From: Eledone cirrhosa
Taxonomy: Eukaryota
Assembly: GCA_964016885.1 (NCBI GenBank)
Contig: OZ024750.1
Span: 19,530,001 to 19,594,000, forward strand
Direction: 5' to 3'
DNA: 64,000 bases
How positions within the stretch are numbered: the stretch's first letter is position 1; every line of letters begins with the position of its first letter. The position numbers and the translations under genes were made by a program. Positions 60,913 through 64,000 of the stretch are shown piece after piece. The notes under the pieces are model-generated. The model saw nothing but the letters and a program-made list of their open reading frames with translations, had not been told where the DNA came from and searched no databases.

Positions 60913-61100
60913 GTATATATATATATATATGTATATATATATAGAATTAGTTCCAGGACAGTTAGTTCACCATACCGAGAATAAATATTTCACATTAAGC
61001 GGATCTTCAGAGAAGACATGTAGAAGAGAAAACGTCAGTATTGGATGCGAAGTTTGGTTTACAACATAAATGTGTGTGCGTTTGTATGTGTATTAAGTAT

Positions 61101-61375
61101 AAGTCTTTCGTAAGCCAGAAGGCTCGTTTGGCCAGTGCTTACCCCGGTTTCATGGCGTGAAGCGACTGAGAGTACAAGACTTCCTCTGGATAGGACGTCA
61201 GTTCATCGCAGGGTTAAACCTCCAGCTACTGCTGGTACTCATTTACAGCTGAGTATACTGGAGCAACGTGAAATGAACTGTTTTGCTCCAGAACACAACA
61301 CGCAACCCAGCAATCGAACCCACGGAATTATGATCGTAAGTCCAACACCCTTACAACTAGGTCACGTGCCTCCAC
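61101..61375 (-). mobile_element. Full-length tRNA-derived SINE with V-domain-like centre
   Basis: Minus strand: GGAGGCACGTGACCTAGTTGTAAG head, GGTTCGATTGC B box, CCCTGCGATGAACTGACGTCCTATCCAG (V-SINE-like), TCGCTTCACGCCATGAAACCGGG. Confidence 0.75.
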
Positions 61376-62594
61376 ACTGTGAATATAAACCAGCGTTTAA
61401 ATCGGAGACGATTGCCACGAAACACGATCATCACTGACAACGAACGCGTAGAGAAAATCCCTTATGGCTGATTCCCAACCTGCTAGAAATAGCAGTCAGA
61501 TTGGTGAACATACCCAGGATGTTTTTCTTCTTCTTGGATGTTGTAAAATGAGTATCAATAAACTTTCCTAAATATACCCTTATTTTCATTGCTGGAATTG
61601 CCCTTCGATTGTCCCTTTTCGTAACTTGAATAAATACCGCGATGAATCTCACCTGAGTCTTTGAAGATTCTGCCAGTTTGCTGTGTTAAAACTACTTTTT
61701 ATTTTAATTCCTTTTGCTACTGTAATCGATTTATTTTCGTCAATGATGCTAAAGAAGTTGTATATGTATGAAACAGATATTGTATTATTTTACCTTATCT
61801 CACACATTCCAGCATTCTAACTCTCCAGTATTCGCACTCGTAAACTGCACTTGAAATTACAATTGCACGAAGAAAACGAATTTCTCTGCAGTTATTATTA
61901 TTATTTGTTCTGAAACCAGTTTAATTTTCGCTAAGGCTTCTCTCACTGCTGTAATGTGTATTTCTTTGATCTCACATCTTTCCGCTATTGTTTTCACAAA
62001 TATCTAAATTTCATCAACTTATTTGAGAGTCTTCTCTGCTATTTCAATTGAAATTTTGTTTTACCTGTTTATACATGTTATGATTATTTTTGCCTTTTAA
62101 TCACTTTTTTCCCATTCCATATTTTCTTATAGTTACATCAAAACATTGAGCTGTTTCTTGTCTAAATAGTTAATTATTTTATGTTAAATCATTATCATTA
62201 ACAAAGATAAGATAACTGACTTTACTAATTTCTACATTAATAATACTTGCAAACAACGTAATTTATCATCAATGTACACCAATGACAACTTGTATAATGT
62301 ATTCTAGAGAGGGATTTAAAAAGCTTAATGAAAGAATGCACCCGTGTCTAACACCTATTGTAAAATAATTGACGTAGTAAATTTATAACCACATCCGCAT
62401 ATTTTTCATATCTTTATAATAAATATATAGCATCTACTTTTGTAAAGCTGATTTTATATTAAGACATTAAAAAACTCACACACACACACACAAAAATGTA
62501 GATTAATTTTACCCACATGGACGTAGAAAAAGCTCAGGATCTAGACCTTTCGCCTCGCAATACTGAAAGCCTGGCTTTGATCTCAAAGTGGGGC

Positions 62595-62990
62595 ATATTT
62601 GAAAAATAACTTTAAAATAGCCTGAGCTCAACCCAAACATATTGGATGAAAGTTCGTGGATAGAAGCTGCATGAAAACCCATCGAAATGATTATACATTT
62701 AATTTAAAGTTATAGCCTTGTCGCGTATTATAACACTTTTTATGCCTGAGAATTAAGTTAAGGGTTCACGTGTCTCTGGAATGATCTGCCGCATGTCCTA
62801 TAATGCAAAATGTATTGTATCTGTATTAGAAAGGGCTTGCTATGTCACATAGCATTTCCAGCTGAATCCTCAGGTGAATAATGTTAAGGATACACATGTC
62901 TCTGGAATGTACATCCACTAACACATTGATATGAGTAGACCGTTCCATTGATTTAATAACTGTATCACTCATCACCGAAACCAAGTAACA
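62595..62990 (+). mobile_element. Degraded SINE fragments (second-family 3' region, internally duplicated)
   Basis: GTTAAGG..(T/A)CAC.TGTCTCTGGAATG occurs twice; similar to 10105 and 12730. Confidence 0.5.
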
Positions 62991-64000
62991 TTCTATCAAT
63001 AGGAATCAGTTTTTATTTCGCTGAGTATCATATTTATTTTTTTATTTCATTCTATGGATGTATAAAATATTTTATCTTTCTCTTTCCATTCTTTGGAAAT
63101 TGTATTACATTTGAGTTTGTCCATTAAGCCAGAAATCACACAGTAGTAAAACGCATTCCACAAAGATTCTTCACAAATCCTTTGATTTATATTATCCATT
63201 CCAAGTCACATATTCCATTTTCAATTCCAAATTGCTTGTGTAAATTCTGAAGCTAGCTTTTGTTGTATATTACAGTTAATAATCATTGTTAATTGTTTTA
63301 GCACGTTACTATATACCTCCCCTTTCTGGTTGTCAACTGCATCAACACCATTCCGCTCCAATGTTAGTAAAATAGTTTGCTTTGTTTAGTAAGTTGCCAT
63401 ATTTATCTTCAACTTGAAAAGTACAAATACATATCTGGTTAGAATTTTGAATATTTTATACGCAATTTGTTGGATTATCTAATTTGACGAAATCCTCCAA
63501 ATTCTTCAGATCTTACTATATTTTCGTTTGTACCGTTTCCGTTTGGCCAGTTTATACTTCATTTGTGCTTTTCCGTTTTTCTTTAATAATTTCCATCATG
63601 AATACATCGTTTTTTGTTTTTACTTTCAGGCAAATAGAAATATTTGGAAAATGGAATGTATCTAATTAATGAATATATTTTGCTGAACTGTATATTAAAC
63701 TGCGACATCACAAATATTATATTCGTTTGATTGTTATCATAGCTGGTACATTTGGGTTTCAAGTCAAACCTGAGGGCAGAACAATTAAATACACTAATGT
63801 GTTTAATACGTAGCTCGGAACCACTGTCATGATTCTTAGAGTGAAGAAAGAGTTGCGACCTATCTTCAAGGAAAGACACTGACTGTGTTTTTCAAGAACT
63901 TGGAAAATATTTGGAAAAGATTTTCATGGCATTAAATTGAAATTTGACTAATCAAAAGCTAAAATAAACTTCAACATATTTTCTGGTTGTGTAGCATGTC

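Noticed and set aside
61440-63900. Possible decayed coding or transposase sequence (e.g. KSNLRAEQLNTLMCL, hAT-like)
   Set aside because: Short motif, many stops, cannot be supported.

Overview
Eukaryotic, very AT-rich non-coding DNA, intergenic or deep intronic. The repeat content (tRNA-derived Meta-, CORE- and V-domain SINEs, RTE and Tx1/L1 LINE fragments, kb-long (TA)n/(TACA)n arrays) is most consistent with an octopus/coleoid cephalopod genome, which is an inference. I see no intact host protein-coding exon; nearly all ORFs in the track are translations of microsatellites. Recognisable remnants are a DD37D (maT) mariner transposase pseudogene (2.2-3.3 kb), a deleted Tx1/L1-clade LINE (37.0-38.8 kb), a Penelope-like GIY-YIG remnant (47.1-47.9 kb), an RTE 3' end (49.5-49.7 kb) and about 20 SINE copies. 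Two patterns stand out. (1) Several distinct families of short elements carry minimal type-I hammerhead ribozyme folds. Most sit in (TA)n tracts, and many form perfect or near-perfect fold-back palindromes (8.3, 18.5, 20.1-20.5, 52.8-53.1, 56.7-57.2, 60.7 kb). (2) The young Meta-domain SINE shares its 3' end with the Tx1-like LINE, and its target-site duplications mostly begin with ATTAT, suggesting a SINE/LINE pair that targets (ATT)n.
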